Assembly (NCBI GenBank): GCA_965277405.1
Contig: OZ255726.1
Coordinates: forward strand, 64,001 to 128,000
Direction: 5' to 3'
Length of the DNA stretch: 64,000 bases
From: Gammaproteobacteria bacterium
Lineage (GTDB): Bacteria > Pseudomonadota > Gammaproteobacteria > G965277405
This document shows positions 48,765 to 57,951 of the stretch, in pieces; within the stretch, counting starts at the first letter, position 1; each line of letters opens with the position of its first letter. The notes under the pieces are model-generated. The model searched no databases. It was not told where the DNA came from and saw only the letters and a list, made by a program, of their open reading frames with translations. The position numbers were made by a program, and so were the translations under genes.

Positions 48765-49907
48765 TTCGCACCCTTGAACTTTACCCCGCTGGAACAATGC
48801 TTGTTACCGCCAACACTCGATGGCAGTGTCGGCAGTAACCGCCAACGTGACAGCGGCTGCCAAATAGCCGCAACCAATGACCGCGCAGCGATTGTAACCT
48901 GGCTCAGCACTGTTGCAGATTCACCGCAGACTTTTCGCTCATACCGCAAAGAAGCCGAGCGCTTGCTGCTATGGGCTGTGTATGCGCGCAGCATACCGCT
49001 CTCAAGCCTCCAACTTGAAGATATGGAGGCGTATAAAACATTTCTTAGCGCCCCGAGTAGCAGCTGGAGCGGCAAGCGCCAACCACGCACATCACCAGAC
49101 TGGCGACCTTTTGAACGCGGTCTCCAGCCCAGCAGCATCAATCAAGCACTAGTAATTCTAGGCACTTTATTCAGTTTTTTAGTCAAAGCAGGTTATTTGA
49201 ACAATAACCCGATGCAGCTGATGTCACGCAAACGCCTCAGGTCCATTATCCAACCAAGCGCAACAGTTGAACGCTATTTAGAACACGATGTTTGGGAATT
49301 CCTCTGGGACTACATCTGCAATCGCCTGCCAGCAACCACCCCACGGCAACACGCTGTTGCTGAGCGCACGCGGTTTTTGTTCGCATTGTTATATTTGCAA
49401 AGCCCCCGCGTCAGTGAAGTTGCTAACCACACCATGGCAGCATTTATACAACGCCGCGGCACATGGTGGTGGAATATTGTCGGCAAAGGAGAAAAATCAG
49501 CGCTAATACCTGTCAAAAAAGATATGATGCTGGCACTAGCACGCTATCGAAGACATTTGCAACACCCACCATTTCCAATTGCAGGCGAAACCACACCGCT
49601 GCTTTGCTCGCTGCACGGGACCAAGCCCATTAGCGCCGACATGGTATACCGCATTGTCAAAGCAACAGTTGCAGGCGCGGCGGATAAACTGAACACGATT
49701 GACCCTGGCAAAGCCAAGCGGCTGCGCGCCTCATCAACCCACTGGTTTCGCCACACCTCACTCACCCATCAAGCTGATATGGGTATCGATTTACGCTATT
49801 TGAAAGCAAGCGCCCGCCACGCCAGCATACAAACCACCCAACGCTACCTGCACACAGAAGAAGAAGAATGGCATATCCAAATGGATAAGCATAATTTGAC
49901 ACCCTAG
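48744..49907 (+). CDS. Tyrosine recombinase/integrase (resembles TnpS-like resolvases)
   Basis: Catalytic set intact: PRVSE (R), GKGEK (K), HWFRH (HxxR), RHAS (H), TQRY (Y). N-terminal SYRKEAERLLLW. Confidence 0.9.
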   Translation: MDLIKASFAPLNFTPLEQCLLPPTLDGSVGSNRQRDSGCQIAATNDRAAIVTWLSTVADSPQTFRSYRKEAERLLLWAVYARSIPLSSLQLEDMEAYKTFLSAPSSSWSGKRQPRTSPDWRPFERGLQPSSINQALVILGTLFSFLVKAGYLNNNPMQLMSRKRLRSIIQPSATVERYLEHDVWEFLWDYICNRLPATTPRQHAVAERTRFLFALLYLQSPRVSEVANHTMAAFIQRRGTWWWNIVGKGEKSALIPVKKDMMLALARYRRHLQHPPFPIAGETTPLLCSLHGTKPISADMVYRIVKATVAGAADKLNTIDPGKAKRLRASSTHWFRHTSLTHQADMGIDLRYLKASARHASIQTTQRYLHTEEEEWHIQMDKHNLTP

Positions 49908-49972
49908 GCAACTGGCTATCAGCAGCTGCGGCGACGGTTGGGAGCAGCAGCAACAGGATGCAATACAGTAAC

Positions 49973-50001
49973 AAAAACCGCGCCTGCAACTGCAGGCGCG
50001 G
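49973..50001 (-). terminator. Intrinsic terminator after the hemophilin-like gene
   Basis: Minus strand CCGCGCCTGCA-GT-TGCAGGCGCGG-TTTTT. Confidence 0.8.
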
Positions 50002-50024
50002 CTTGAATATAATAGCTAACAAGA

Positions 50025-50870
50025 TTAATGGATGATAATACCAGGTAATGTTGTTGTGGATCCACCAAACGCTGTGTTGAATTCAGGGCTAGAAAAAAAC
50101 GTAACCATCCCAGCGAGGTCAACCTGACCATTGTAGAACCGCCCTGAAACTATACCATGCAGGTCCTCTCGATAAGGATTGGTTCTAAATGCTTCGGCTT
50201 GCCTTTGACTAGAAAGAAAAGTAGCATCGCTGCTGTTGATCCACACAGTGCCCATATCGATTTTAAAGTTGCCATGTTCCATTTTTCCTGTTAACACTGA
50301 ATTAGTAAAATTAGCAACAACAACACCGTGTAGCAGGTTGTTAGCCGCTGCTGAGTAGTGATTGATACCTGTCACCGTGTAAATAGCGTATCTAGCGGTT
50401 GTTGTTATCGCAGTATCGGCATCAGCGCCGACGTAGTACACGGTACGGGTTGGGTCGTTGGACGCGCCAGTTTGTGACCATTCGCCAAACCAAACGTCGT
50501 GGCTGCCTACTTGCGCAAATTGGAATACCCCCAAATCACGATGGGTTTTCGGTGGTCCATAATACGCCATGTCGAGCGAATGCACCCTGTTGGGGTCAGC
50601 TGGCACCACTTTTGCCAACCCTATAAAGTCGACCATGTCCCCCTTTTTTAGAGTATAGCCAGCGCCAATCCCCGCCTTCCCTAGAGTATGAATCGGCGGG
50701 CGGTCTACATTTGATGCGCCGACAATCACTTTCTCAGTATTGGACGAACCACCTTGTATTGAGTCAAGGGTAATTATACCAATAACTTGTGTTTCGGTTT
50801 CGGCGTGGACTGGCGCAGCGAGCGCACCAGCCATAAGCGCGATACTGCTGACTAATTTTAGTTTTTTCAT
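50025..50870 (-). CDS. Secreted hemophilin/HphA-like hemophore (Slam/T11SS-substrate family)
   Basis: Signal peptide ending VHA with no lipobox Cys; PPIH..GKAGIG, PPKTHRDLGVFQF, DVWFGEWS, TVYYVG, C-terminal barrel ending NTAFGG. Directly follows a TonB receptor. Confidence 0.78.
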   Translation of the reverse strand: MKKLKLVSSIALMAGALAAPVHAETETQVIGIITLDSIQGGSSNTEKVIVGASNVDRPPIHTLGKAGIGAGYTLKKGDMVDFIGLAKVVPADPNRVHSLDMAYYGPPKTHRDLGVFQFAQVGSHDVWFGEWSQTGASNDPTRTVYYVGADADTAITTTARYAIYTVTGINHYSAAANNLLHGVVVANFTNSVLTGKMEHGNFKIDMGTVWINSSDATFLSSQRQAEAFRTNPYREDLHGIVSGRFYNGQVDLAGMVTFFSSPEFNTAFGGSTTTLPGIIIH

Positions 50871-50961
50871 AGAAAATTCCTAGGTATTACAATTTATTAC
50901 TTTCAAAACGAAAATAACACGGGTGGTGAAGCAGTAGCTTCGGGGTTTTTAACAACGCGGT

Positions 50962-53900
50962 TTACAACCGCGCTGTTAGATTCAGTTTCAGCGTCCGCCC
51001 AGGTGCGGGCATCTGCGAACGGGTTAATGGGTCGATGTAGTATTGATCTGTTAGGTTATTAGCAGCGAATTCAACTTGCAAGCGCTCATTAACGTTATAC
51101 TTGGCGTAGCCGTCAACGAGCAGGGTATCACCCCAGCCGAAAGATACCCTTAACGGATTATGGCTAAATCTGCCGACTTGTTGATAATACTGGTCTAGGT
51201 CGGCGTTGGCGTCGCGGCTATAATACTTCACCCGGCTGCCTATCTCTAAACGGCGGTCGAGCAGCCGGGCGCCGAGCGCCCAATTAGCCGATAATTTAGG
51301 GGTGGCGCGCCCTTGTTCAGAGCCACCTATAAAGCCGAATGCAAAGCAGGTCGGAACGCGATATTCCAACTTCGAATGACGTGCGGCATAGCTTGCGTCG
51401 CAGATGTCGTTTTGCACCACGTAGTCGACAGCAATATTGCTAAACAAACGACCGCCATCGTAGCGTATGGTTAATTCTACCCCGCGCAGCTTTTTTTCGT
51501 CATCATTTGTAAAATATCTAGAACTAGCAGTATCAATAACGCCCTTGATCAGGTTATCGTAGTATGCCAGCTTGACGTCGGCGTATTCAGCGGTGGTGAA
51601 CCATTGGGTTAGGTCGTGGACATAGCTTATTTCCCTGTTATAGGCGTGCTCGGGGTTGAGACCATCCGGACCGAGCGCGGCAGAGAAGCCCCAGGTGCTT
51701 TCGAACATGGACGGGTAGCGGAGGAATTCGCTGTATTTAACGTAGCCGCGGCTATACGGGGTAAATTGGTAGCTGGCGACAAAATGCGGCACCCAGCCGT
51801 GGTCTTGCAGCTTTTCTGCTTGGGCTTCACTTATCTCTGCAATCCGTGTAGCATAATCGATAAAACATTTAGTTATTTTCGCCGTCTTATCATTACCTGT
51901 TTTGTCTGCTATTTCCTGTTCTACCTCACCATTATAGCAGGGGTGGCTAGCAAACGAATACTTACCAGCGGCATCCGTCAGCAAGGGGATTGGTCGATTG
52001 TCAAGATGATTTGTGAGACCAGTTCCATATTCTAATTTTATAATATCACTGGCTTCCTTTCCATCGGGTTCGTTTTTCAACACTTCGATTTGACGCAGAA
52101 AGGGACCTTTATCATTAGAATAACGATTCTCTATATCTTGTCTCATTTCAGCAAGCTTTGCTGCGCGCCTTTCATTTATATTCTTTACTGATAACCCTCC
52201 TTGGATTTCTGAAAACGTATAATCTAGGCCAGTCATTAAATAAATTATATTATTCTGTACGTCATTATCAAAGCCTAAGTACTCATTGAGTGTATCAACA
52301 TAGCCATTATATCTTGTCTCAATGTAATTTTCCGCTATTACCTGCGCATTTTTAACATGATCCTGCATTAGCTTTTTGTTCTGCTCGGCTGTATACAGAA
52401 CACCTGTAGTATACTCGTAGGTAATGTTTTCATTTAGAATACGCTCTAATTGTGGAACGGTGCCGCCTGCATCGATGACATATTTAAGGCGGTCGTCGAA
52501 GCTCCAATACGCCGAATACGTCATCCCCGTGCTGAATTTTAAGGCCTCGTTCGCCTGCCAGGCGAGGCTGAGATTGCCGCCCCATTGCTGCCGCCGCCCT
52601 CCGCGCTCTGTTCTAGTATTATTGTATTTACCATCTAGGCTTGCTAGTTTTTGGTGCTGAAAATTGCCACCGATGGTTAGCGCCAGCGTGCTGGAAAGAT
52701 CCATGGTATTGCTCAGGGTGATGCCATTGCGGGTATTGATAGAATCAACAAACCCAACGTTGACGACCAGACCGCTTTCTTTGTCAATTTGGTTGGGTTC
52801 ACCTGCACTCGTATAGGTGTGTCCGCGGTTGTGCGTGCGCCAGAGGTTGGCGTGGAGGTCCAGCCAGCGGTTATCATTGGGGGTATTGCGGTAGTCGAGG
52901 TTATACGCCTGGGCAGTGACCGCGCTCAACGGCCACTGGGGATGACCGTACTTGAGATCACTGCCAGTAATGAGCCGCGACGGCATGATCTCGCCGTTTA
53001 GCAAATTTGTATGGCGGTAGTTGAAGCCAAGTTTTTGTGCATTGTCAACCCGCCAGCTGCTTTTTAACAACAACGACGCCATCTCGCTCGAGGTATTGAT
53101 GACTTCGTCGCCTTGTGGCCAGAAGGTGGTTAGGGCGCGCGTATCATCAAAAATTCTTTTACCAGTTACTTTTGACCTGAAGTGACCATCCACATCCGTA
53201 GCAAAATAGCCAGGCTCATCATAATAACCGGCGTTGTTGCTACCCGCATAGTAATTACCGCGACGGCGGTAGGCGTATGCGGCGAGAAAATCAAAGCGCG
53301 CGGAGGTGTTGGCGACCGCCAGCCGGTAGGCAAAGTCGTCGCCGCCGAGCGGGGTTTCATCACTAGCTGATTTTGAGTTGAGTTGTATGCGCAAAGTTTT
53401 ATCAACGTTGTAGAAACCTATAGATCGAGTATTAGAAAACCCTGCGGCGGCGGCTGATTCGCCAGTATGCAGCCGCGGTAGTTGCGGGGAGACCGAATTG
53501 CCGCCGCTGGTTATTGTTAATTCTAGCCCAGAGTCGGCGCCTTCTGCAATAATATCGGCGGGGATCAGCGTGGTTAGTTCCAGCGCCCCCCCGATGCCGC
53601 TATTGACATCGCGGGCGTTACTCGCACCTTTATGGATGCGCACCGAACTGATCAGGTTCGGGTCGATATAATTGCGGTTACTCACGCCGTTATAGCCGCG
53701 GTAGACGGTAATTGCCTGCTCGGTGCCGTCGATAATCACCGGCACCCGCCCGGGACCCTGCACCCCGCGAATATTGACATCGATCGACCCGCTATTGCGG
53801 GCATCGCCGCTAAATACCCCAGCAATCCCCTGCAGTAAATCGGCAGGGTTGGTGCCGGCGTTGCGGCGGACTGCTGCCCTACCCATGTACACGGTGGAAG

Positions 53901-54423
53901 CGTTGTTATCGTAGACTGCGTCGTAGCCTTGTTCATCACGCTGGTAGCCTGATACCCCTGAGTCTTCAATGGTGAGGGTGGGGATGGCAAGCGTATTCGG
54001 CGTATTCGTTGTTGCCGAGTCAATAGCGGCAGCAATAATAACATAACGTGAGTTTGCGAGTTGCTGCGCTGCCAGCCCGCTACCGCGCAAAATATACGTT
54101 AAGGCGGCGGTTAGCGCATACTCACCTTGGAGACCCTGGCTGTGCTTGCCGTCCGTGAGCGAGTGGTCAATATCAACGCCAATATCTGCCGCGCTAGCGA
54201 ATGCCGCCAGCACTGTGGCGAGCGGACCTGGCTTGATGGCATACTGCGCTGTAGTATCCGCTGCACGCGCTACGCTAGCAGCCAGCAATACCATGGTGCT
54301 CAATACCACTGCCCGCAATACCACTGCTCGGACTAGCATGGAGCTAGGGTGAATTAGCTGCATTAGCTGCATTGCTACGCAAACTCTGGAGTTATTAACG
54401 GAAGGTGGGTGGGTTGCTCGCAT
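50962..54423 (-). CDS. TonB-dependent receptor with N-terminal signalling (STN-like) domain, probably heme/hemophore receptor
   Basis: YAIKPGPLATVL (STN-like), DVNIRGVQGPGRVPVIIDG plug, NPE motif (LNPEHA), C-terminal NNLTDQYYIDPL..APGRTLKLNLTARL. Confidence 0.9.
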   Translation of the reverse strand: MRATHPPSVNNSRVCVAMQLMQLIHPSSMLVRAVVLRAVVLSTMVLLAASVARAADTTAQYAIKPGPLATVLAAFASAADIGVDIDHSLTDGKHSQGLQGEYALTAALTYILRGSGLAAQQLANSRYVIIAAAIDSATTNTPNTLAIPTLTIEDSGVSGYQRDEQGYDAVYDNNASTVYMGRAAVRRNAGTNPADLLQGIAGVFSGDARNSGSIDVNIRGVQGPGRVPVIIDGTEQAITVYRGYNGVSNRNYIDPNLISSVRIHKGASNARDVNSGIGGALELTTLIPADIIAEGADSGLELTITSGGNSVSPQLPRLHTGESAAAAGFSNTRSIGFYNVDKTLRIQLNSKSASDETPLGGDDFAYRLAVANTSARFDFLAAYAYRRRGNYYAGSNNAGYYDEPGYFATDVDGHFRSKVTGKRIFDDTRALTTFWPQGDEVINTSSEMASLLLKSSWRVDNAQKLGFNYRHTNLLNGEIMPSRLITGSDLKYGHPQWPLSAVTAQAYNLDYRNTPNDNRWLDLHANLWRTHNRGHTYTSAGEPNQIDKESGLVVNVGFVDSINTRNGITLSNTMDLSSTLALTIGGNFQHQKLASLDGKYNNTRTERGGRRQQWGGNLSLAWQANEALKFSTGMTYSAYWSFDDRLKYVIDAGGTVPQLERILNENITYEYTTGVLYTAEQNKKLMQDHVKNAQVIAENYIETRYNGYVDTLNEYLGFDNDVQNNIIYLMTGLDYTFSEIQGGLSVKNINERRAAKLAEMRQDIENRYSNDKGPFLRQIEVLKNEPDGKEASDIIKLEYGTGLTNHLDNRPIPLLTDAAGKYSFASHPCYNGEVEQEIADKTGNDKTAKITKCFIDYATRIAEISEAQAEKLQDHGWVPHFVASYQFTPYSRGYVKYSEFLRYPSMFESTWGFSAALGPDGLNPEHAYNREISYVHDLTQWFTTAEYADVKLAYYDNLIKGVIDTASSRYFTNDDEKKLRGVELTIRYDGGRLFSNIAVDYVVQNDICDASYAARHSKLEYRVPTCFAFGFIGGSEQGRATPKLSANWALGARLLDRRLEIGSRVKYYSRDANADLDQYYQQVGRFSHNPLRVSFGWGDTLLVDGYAKYNVNERLQVEFAANNLTDQYYIDPLTRSQMPAPGRTLKLNLTARL

Positions 54424-54486
54424 TGCTTTCCTCTCTAATTGCCAAAATCATAATTTACAGTCGATTAAACATTAAAGCAACAACTA

Positions 54487-54505
54487 AATGCTAATAATTC
54501 CCATT
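54487..54505 (-). promoter_or_regulatory. Putative Fur box upstream of the receptor
   Basis: AATGCTAATAATTCCCATT: AT-rich 19-mer with AATG/CATT dyad, 64 bp upstream of an iron-uptake gene. Confidence 0.6.
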
Positions 54506-54584
54506 AGTAATTACCCGCCGCTATTGGGGCGGTATTGCGGGCTGCAGCTGGTAGCGATGCACAGCATACTGCTGCTTGGCTAAA

Positions 54585-54659
54585 GGAAACTCTGCTTAAG
54601 CCCATGCTGGGCGAGACGGAGAAAAATCGCTGCTGAAACTTAAGGAATCTCTGATTAAG
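54585..54659. repeat. Stacked MITE end remnants
   Basis: GGAAACTCTGCTTAAGCCCATGCTGGGCGAGACGGAG..., then TTAA|GGAATCTCTGATTAAG. Confidence 0.75.
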
Positions 54660-54682
54660 GTTTGAGTAGCTGTATAAATATT

Positions 54683-56050
54683 TTATGCTAGATGTGCCTG
54701 TGTTAATGCCGCTGCTAAGCCAATATATCCAGCAGGAGTAAGTTGCAACAGGCGTTGCTTGGCGCTATCTGGAATAGCTAGTGTTGCGATAAAGCTGTGT
54801 AGTTCTGCGGTGCTGATTGCATTGCCTCTGGTCATGGCTTTTAATTGCTCGTATGGATTTTCACAACCATGCAGCCGCATAACCGTTTGTATTGGCTCTG
54901 CCAGGACATTGGCGTGCTTGGCTAAATCTGCGCTAATACACGCAGTGTTGGCGCTGATCTTGCTCAGTCCTGTGGCAAAACTTGCCAATGCCAGCTCAAC
55001 ATAGCCGATGGCACTGCCAATATTACGCAGCACCGTAGAATCGCTTAAATCACGCTGCCAACGAGAAATTGGCAGTTTTGCTGCCATGTGGCTAAGCAGG
55101 GCATTGGCAATGCCAAAATTGCCTTCGGCATTTTCAAAGTCAATCGGGTTGACTTTATGCGGCATCGTCGACGAGCCAACCTCACCAGTTGTAGTCGCTT
55201 GTTGTATATAATTTAGCGAGATATACCCCCAAATATCGCGACAGCAATCAATGCCAATAGCATTCAAACGTTGCATGCAGTGAAACAGTTCTGCTAGGTA
55301 GTCATGGGGTTCAATTTGGGTGGTCATCGGGTTATACTGCAGACCTAAACCTGCAACAAATGTTTTGCTAATGTTACTCCAATCAAACTGCGGACATGCG
55401 ACAACGTGGGCATTAAAGTTGCCGGTTGCTCCATTGCATTTACCGAGCACTGCAACCGCTGCCAACGTGTTGAGTTGGCGTTGGATGCGCCACACCACAT
55501 TGGCAATTTCTTTGCCCAACGTGGTGGGACTTGCTGGCTGCCCATGCGTGCGGGCGAGCATCGCCACGTCTGCATTTGCTGTTGCAAAGTCGCTCAACGT
55601 AGCAACAATTCCTTGCCAACTTGGCTGCACTATCGTGGCCCGCATCTCTTGTACCATCAACGCGTACGCAAGGTTATTTACGTCTTCGCTGGTGAGGGCA
55701 AAATGGACGATTTCAAGCAACGGGGTAAGTTGTGGATGCGCTTGCATTTGCTGTTTGAGATAATATTCAACTGCTTTAACATCATGATTTGTCGTCTGCT
55801 CAATCGTTTGTATTTCGCGGGCGTGGGCTGCGTCAAAATCGGCGATAATTTGCATCAACAGCCCGCGTTGAATAGCATTTAGTGATGGGAACGGTGCGCC
55901 GAGGCCTGCTAATGTGCACAGCCAGTGTATTTCTACGGTGAGGCGATAGCGATGGAGTGCTTGTTCACAACCCAAAGCGCGCGTTGCCATTACTTTGCCT
56001 GCGTAACGACCATCAAGCGGCGAAAGTGCTCCAATTGGTTCACAAGTCAT
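54683..56050 (-). CDS. purB: Adenylosuccinate lyase
   Basis: ALSPLDGRY, TNHDVKAVEY, RTHGQPASPTT, GSSTMPHKVNPIDFEN. Confidence 0.97.
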   Translation of the reverse strand: MTCEPIGALSPLDGRYAGKVMATRALGCEQALHRYRLTVEIHWLCTLAGLGAPFPSLNAIQRGLLMQIIADFDAAHAREIQTIEQTTNHDVKAVEYYLKQQMQAHPQLTPLLEIVHFALTSEDVNNLAYALMVQEMRATIVQPSWQGIVATLSDFATANADVAMLARTHGQPASPTTLGKEIANVVWRIQRQLNTLAAVAVLGKCNGATGNFNAHVVACPQFDWSNISKTFVAGLGLQYNPMTTQIEPHDYLAELFHCMQRLNAIGIDCCRDIWGYISLNYIQQATTTGEVGSSTMPHKVNPIDFENAEGNFGIANALLSHMAAKLPISRWQRDLSDSTVLRNIGSAIGYVELALASFATGLSKISANTACISADLAKHANVLAEPIQTVMRLHGCENPYEQLKAMTRGNAISTAELHSFIATLAIPDSAKQRLLQLTPAGYIGLAAALTQAHLA

Positions 56051-57270
56051 GATGCAAAACTGCGGACTGCAATCGTGCCGTTGACACCTTGCAATTGTGC
56101 AATAACCCGCTCATCAACAGCAGCATCTACATCAAATAATAAATATCCAAGATCGCCTTTGGTTTCAAGATATTGCTTATTAATGTTGAGCTGATGGTCG
56201 CCAATCACTTGGTTAACACTTTGTAAAACCCCTGGTTCATTGCAGTGTATATGCGCAATGCGTTGCTTGACGGGCGGGTCAGTAAGCGTAATTGATGGAA
56301 AATTAACACTGCCCTGGGTTTCACCAAAGCGGCACCATGATAGAATTTTGTTCGCGACCTCGATGCCAATCAGTTCTTGCGCTTCTTCAGTCGAACCGCC
56401 AATATGTGGGGTCAGCAGTACATTTTCCATTCCTTGCAATGGAGAATAAAATGGCTGCGAATTATTTTGTGGCTCTTCGGGAAACACGTCGATTGCCGCC
56501 GCCAAAACGCGCCCAGCTGCTAACGCTTGCACCAGTGCAGGAATGTCAATAACCCTACCGCGTGAAGCATTAATAATGATGGTGCCTTTCTTACAAGCTG
56601 GCAGCGTTTGCGCTGAAATCATCGAGCGTGTCAGCGGTGTGTCTGGAACATGCAAGGTAATAACATCTGCCTGCTCAAACGCCACGCGCATGCTCTTCAC
56701 CGCGCGGGCATTGCCTAGCGGTAATTTGCGTTCGATGTCATAAAACACAACGCGCATCCCAAACGCTTCTGCAAGAATAGACACTTGGCTGCCGATATGG
56801 CCGTAGCCAATAATGCACAGCGTTTTGCCGCGCAATTCGTGTGAGCCAAGCGCAGACTTCTGCCACTGCCCGCGGTGCGCAGCATTATTTTTGGCAACAA
56901 TGCCGCGCATTAACATTACTATTTCACCAAGCACCAATTCTGCCACTGAGCGCGTATTAGCATGTGGGGCATTAAAAATTACAACCCCATGTTTGTTCGC
57001 CTGCTGTATATCTACTTGGTTGGTACCAATGCAAAAACAAGCAACGAGCAACAACTGCGGCGCTGCTGCTAATAACTCCGCATCAACTATTGTTCGTGAA
57101 CGAACACCTAAGATATGTGCATTGCCAACATGCGCTGCAAGCTCGGTTCTAGCTGGGGTACCAGGCAGGCGAATAATTTCGGTGCAGCCGCTTTCTGCCA
57201 GCAGATCTACAGCAGACTGATGAATATTTTCACACAGTACAATTTTCAAATTTCTTGCATTGATGTTCAA
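56047..57270 (-). CDS. serA: D-3-phosphoglycerate dehydrogenase (start uncertain; TTG overlapping the upstream stop assumed)
   Basis: CFCIGTNQVD, NTRSVAELV, IIGYGHIGSQ, TPHIGGSTEEAQ, C-terminal ACT domain. Confidence 0.93.
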   Translation of the reverse strand: MNINARNLKIVLCENIHQSAVDLLAESGCTEIIRLPGTPARTELAAHVGNAHILGVRSRTIVDAELLAAAPQLLLVACFCIGTNQVDIQQANKHGVVIFNAPHANTRSVAELVLGEIVMLMRGIVAKNNAAHRGQWQKSALGSHELRGKTLCIIGYGHIGSQVSILAEAFGMRVVFYDIERKLPLGNARAVKSMRVAFEQADVITLHVPDTPLTRSMISAQTLPACKKGTIIINASRGRVIDIPALVQALAAGRVLAAAIDVFPEEPQNNSQPFYSPLQGMENVLLTPHIGGSTEEAQELIGIEVANKILSWCRFGETQGSVNFPSITLTDPPVKQRIAHIHCNEPGVLQSVNQVIGDHQLNINKQYLETKGDLGYLLFDVDAAVDERVIAQLQGVNGTIAVRSFAS

Positions 57271-57935
57271 GAGAGCGTACCCAAAAGTGTGCTTGTTACT
57301 GCAGTCCACGACGCGCATATATCCATCTGCGCACCCGCTTGTGCAACGACCGAATGGATAAAAGGTCGGTGCTGATATTGGGTAAATGCGCACCAACGCT
57401 GTGCTAACCCATCGTTTACCACCTGCCAGTCACTTACGCCATCTCCAACAACCGTGATCGGCTGCGTCAAATAATGTTGAATTTGTCGCACCGCAGCAGA
57501 TTTATTTTGGCTTGCTGCATCGTCAGGGTTGATAGCAGCAAACCAGCCATAGTCATCCCAGCGCAAGCGCACCGCAACGACGCGGTGAATCGGAATTCCT
57601 AGCTTGTGTGCGCTCGGTTCAATCGTTTCAAACAACCCACCGCTAACAATCCAACATGCAAAATGTTGCTGCAAAATGTTGATTGCATCCAACGTTGTTG
57701 CACTGATTTCGGCAGCAAGTTGATTGCCAACCCTGCGCACATGATCCTTATGCAAGGAAACTGCATGCAAGCGTTGTTGTAGCGATTCACTAAACGACAG
57801 CTCACCATTCATCCCTGCATTGCAGATTGCGTTTAAGGTGTCTAGTTGTTGTGGCGAACACCTGGCTGCAAGAATACGTTCAAGACTCTCTGATGCAATC
57901 AGCGTGCTGTCAAAATCAAGGAGGAGTGACGCCAT
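57267..57935 (-). CDS. HAD-IB phosphatase, probable phosphoserine phosphatase (SerB-like)
   Basis: DFDSTL, GMNGELSFSESLQQRL, VSGG, GDGVSD; adjacent to serA. Confidence 0.82.
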   Translation of the reverse strand: MASLLLDFDSTLIASESLERILAARCSPQQLDTLNAICNAGMNGELSFSESLQQRLHAVSLHKDHVRRVGNQLAAEISATTLDAINILQQHFACWIVSGGLFETIEPSAHKLGIPIHRVVAVRLRWDDYGWFAAINPDDAASQNKSAAVRQIQHYLTQPITVVGDGVSDWQVVNDGLAQRWCAFTQYQHRPFIHSVVAQAGAQMDICASWTAVTSTLLGTLS

Positions 57936-57951
57936 ATTCTTGACACGCTGT

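Noticed and set aside
54286-54330. 15-bp repeats in the receptor signal region (RAVVL RAVVL STMVL)
   Set aside because: In-frame and degenerate; cannot cause phase variation.
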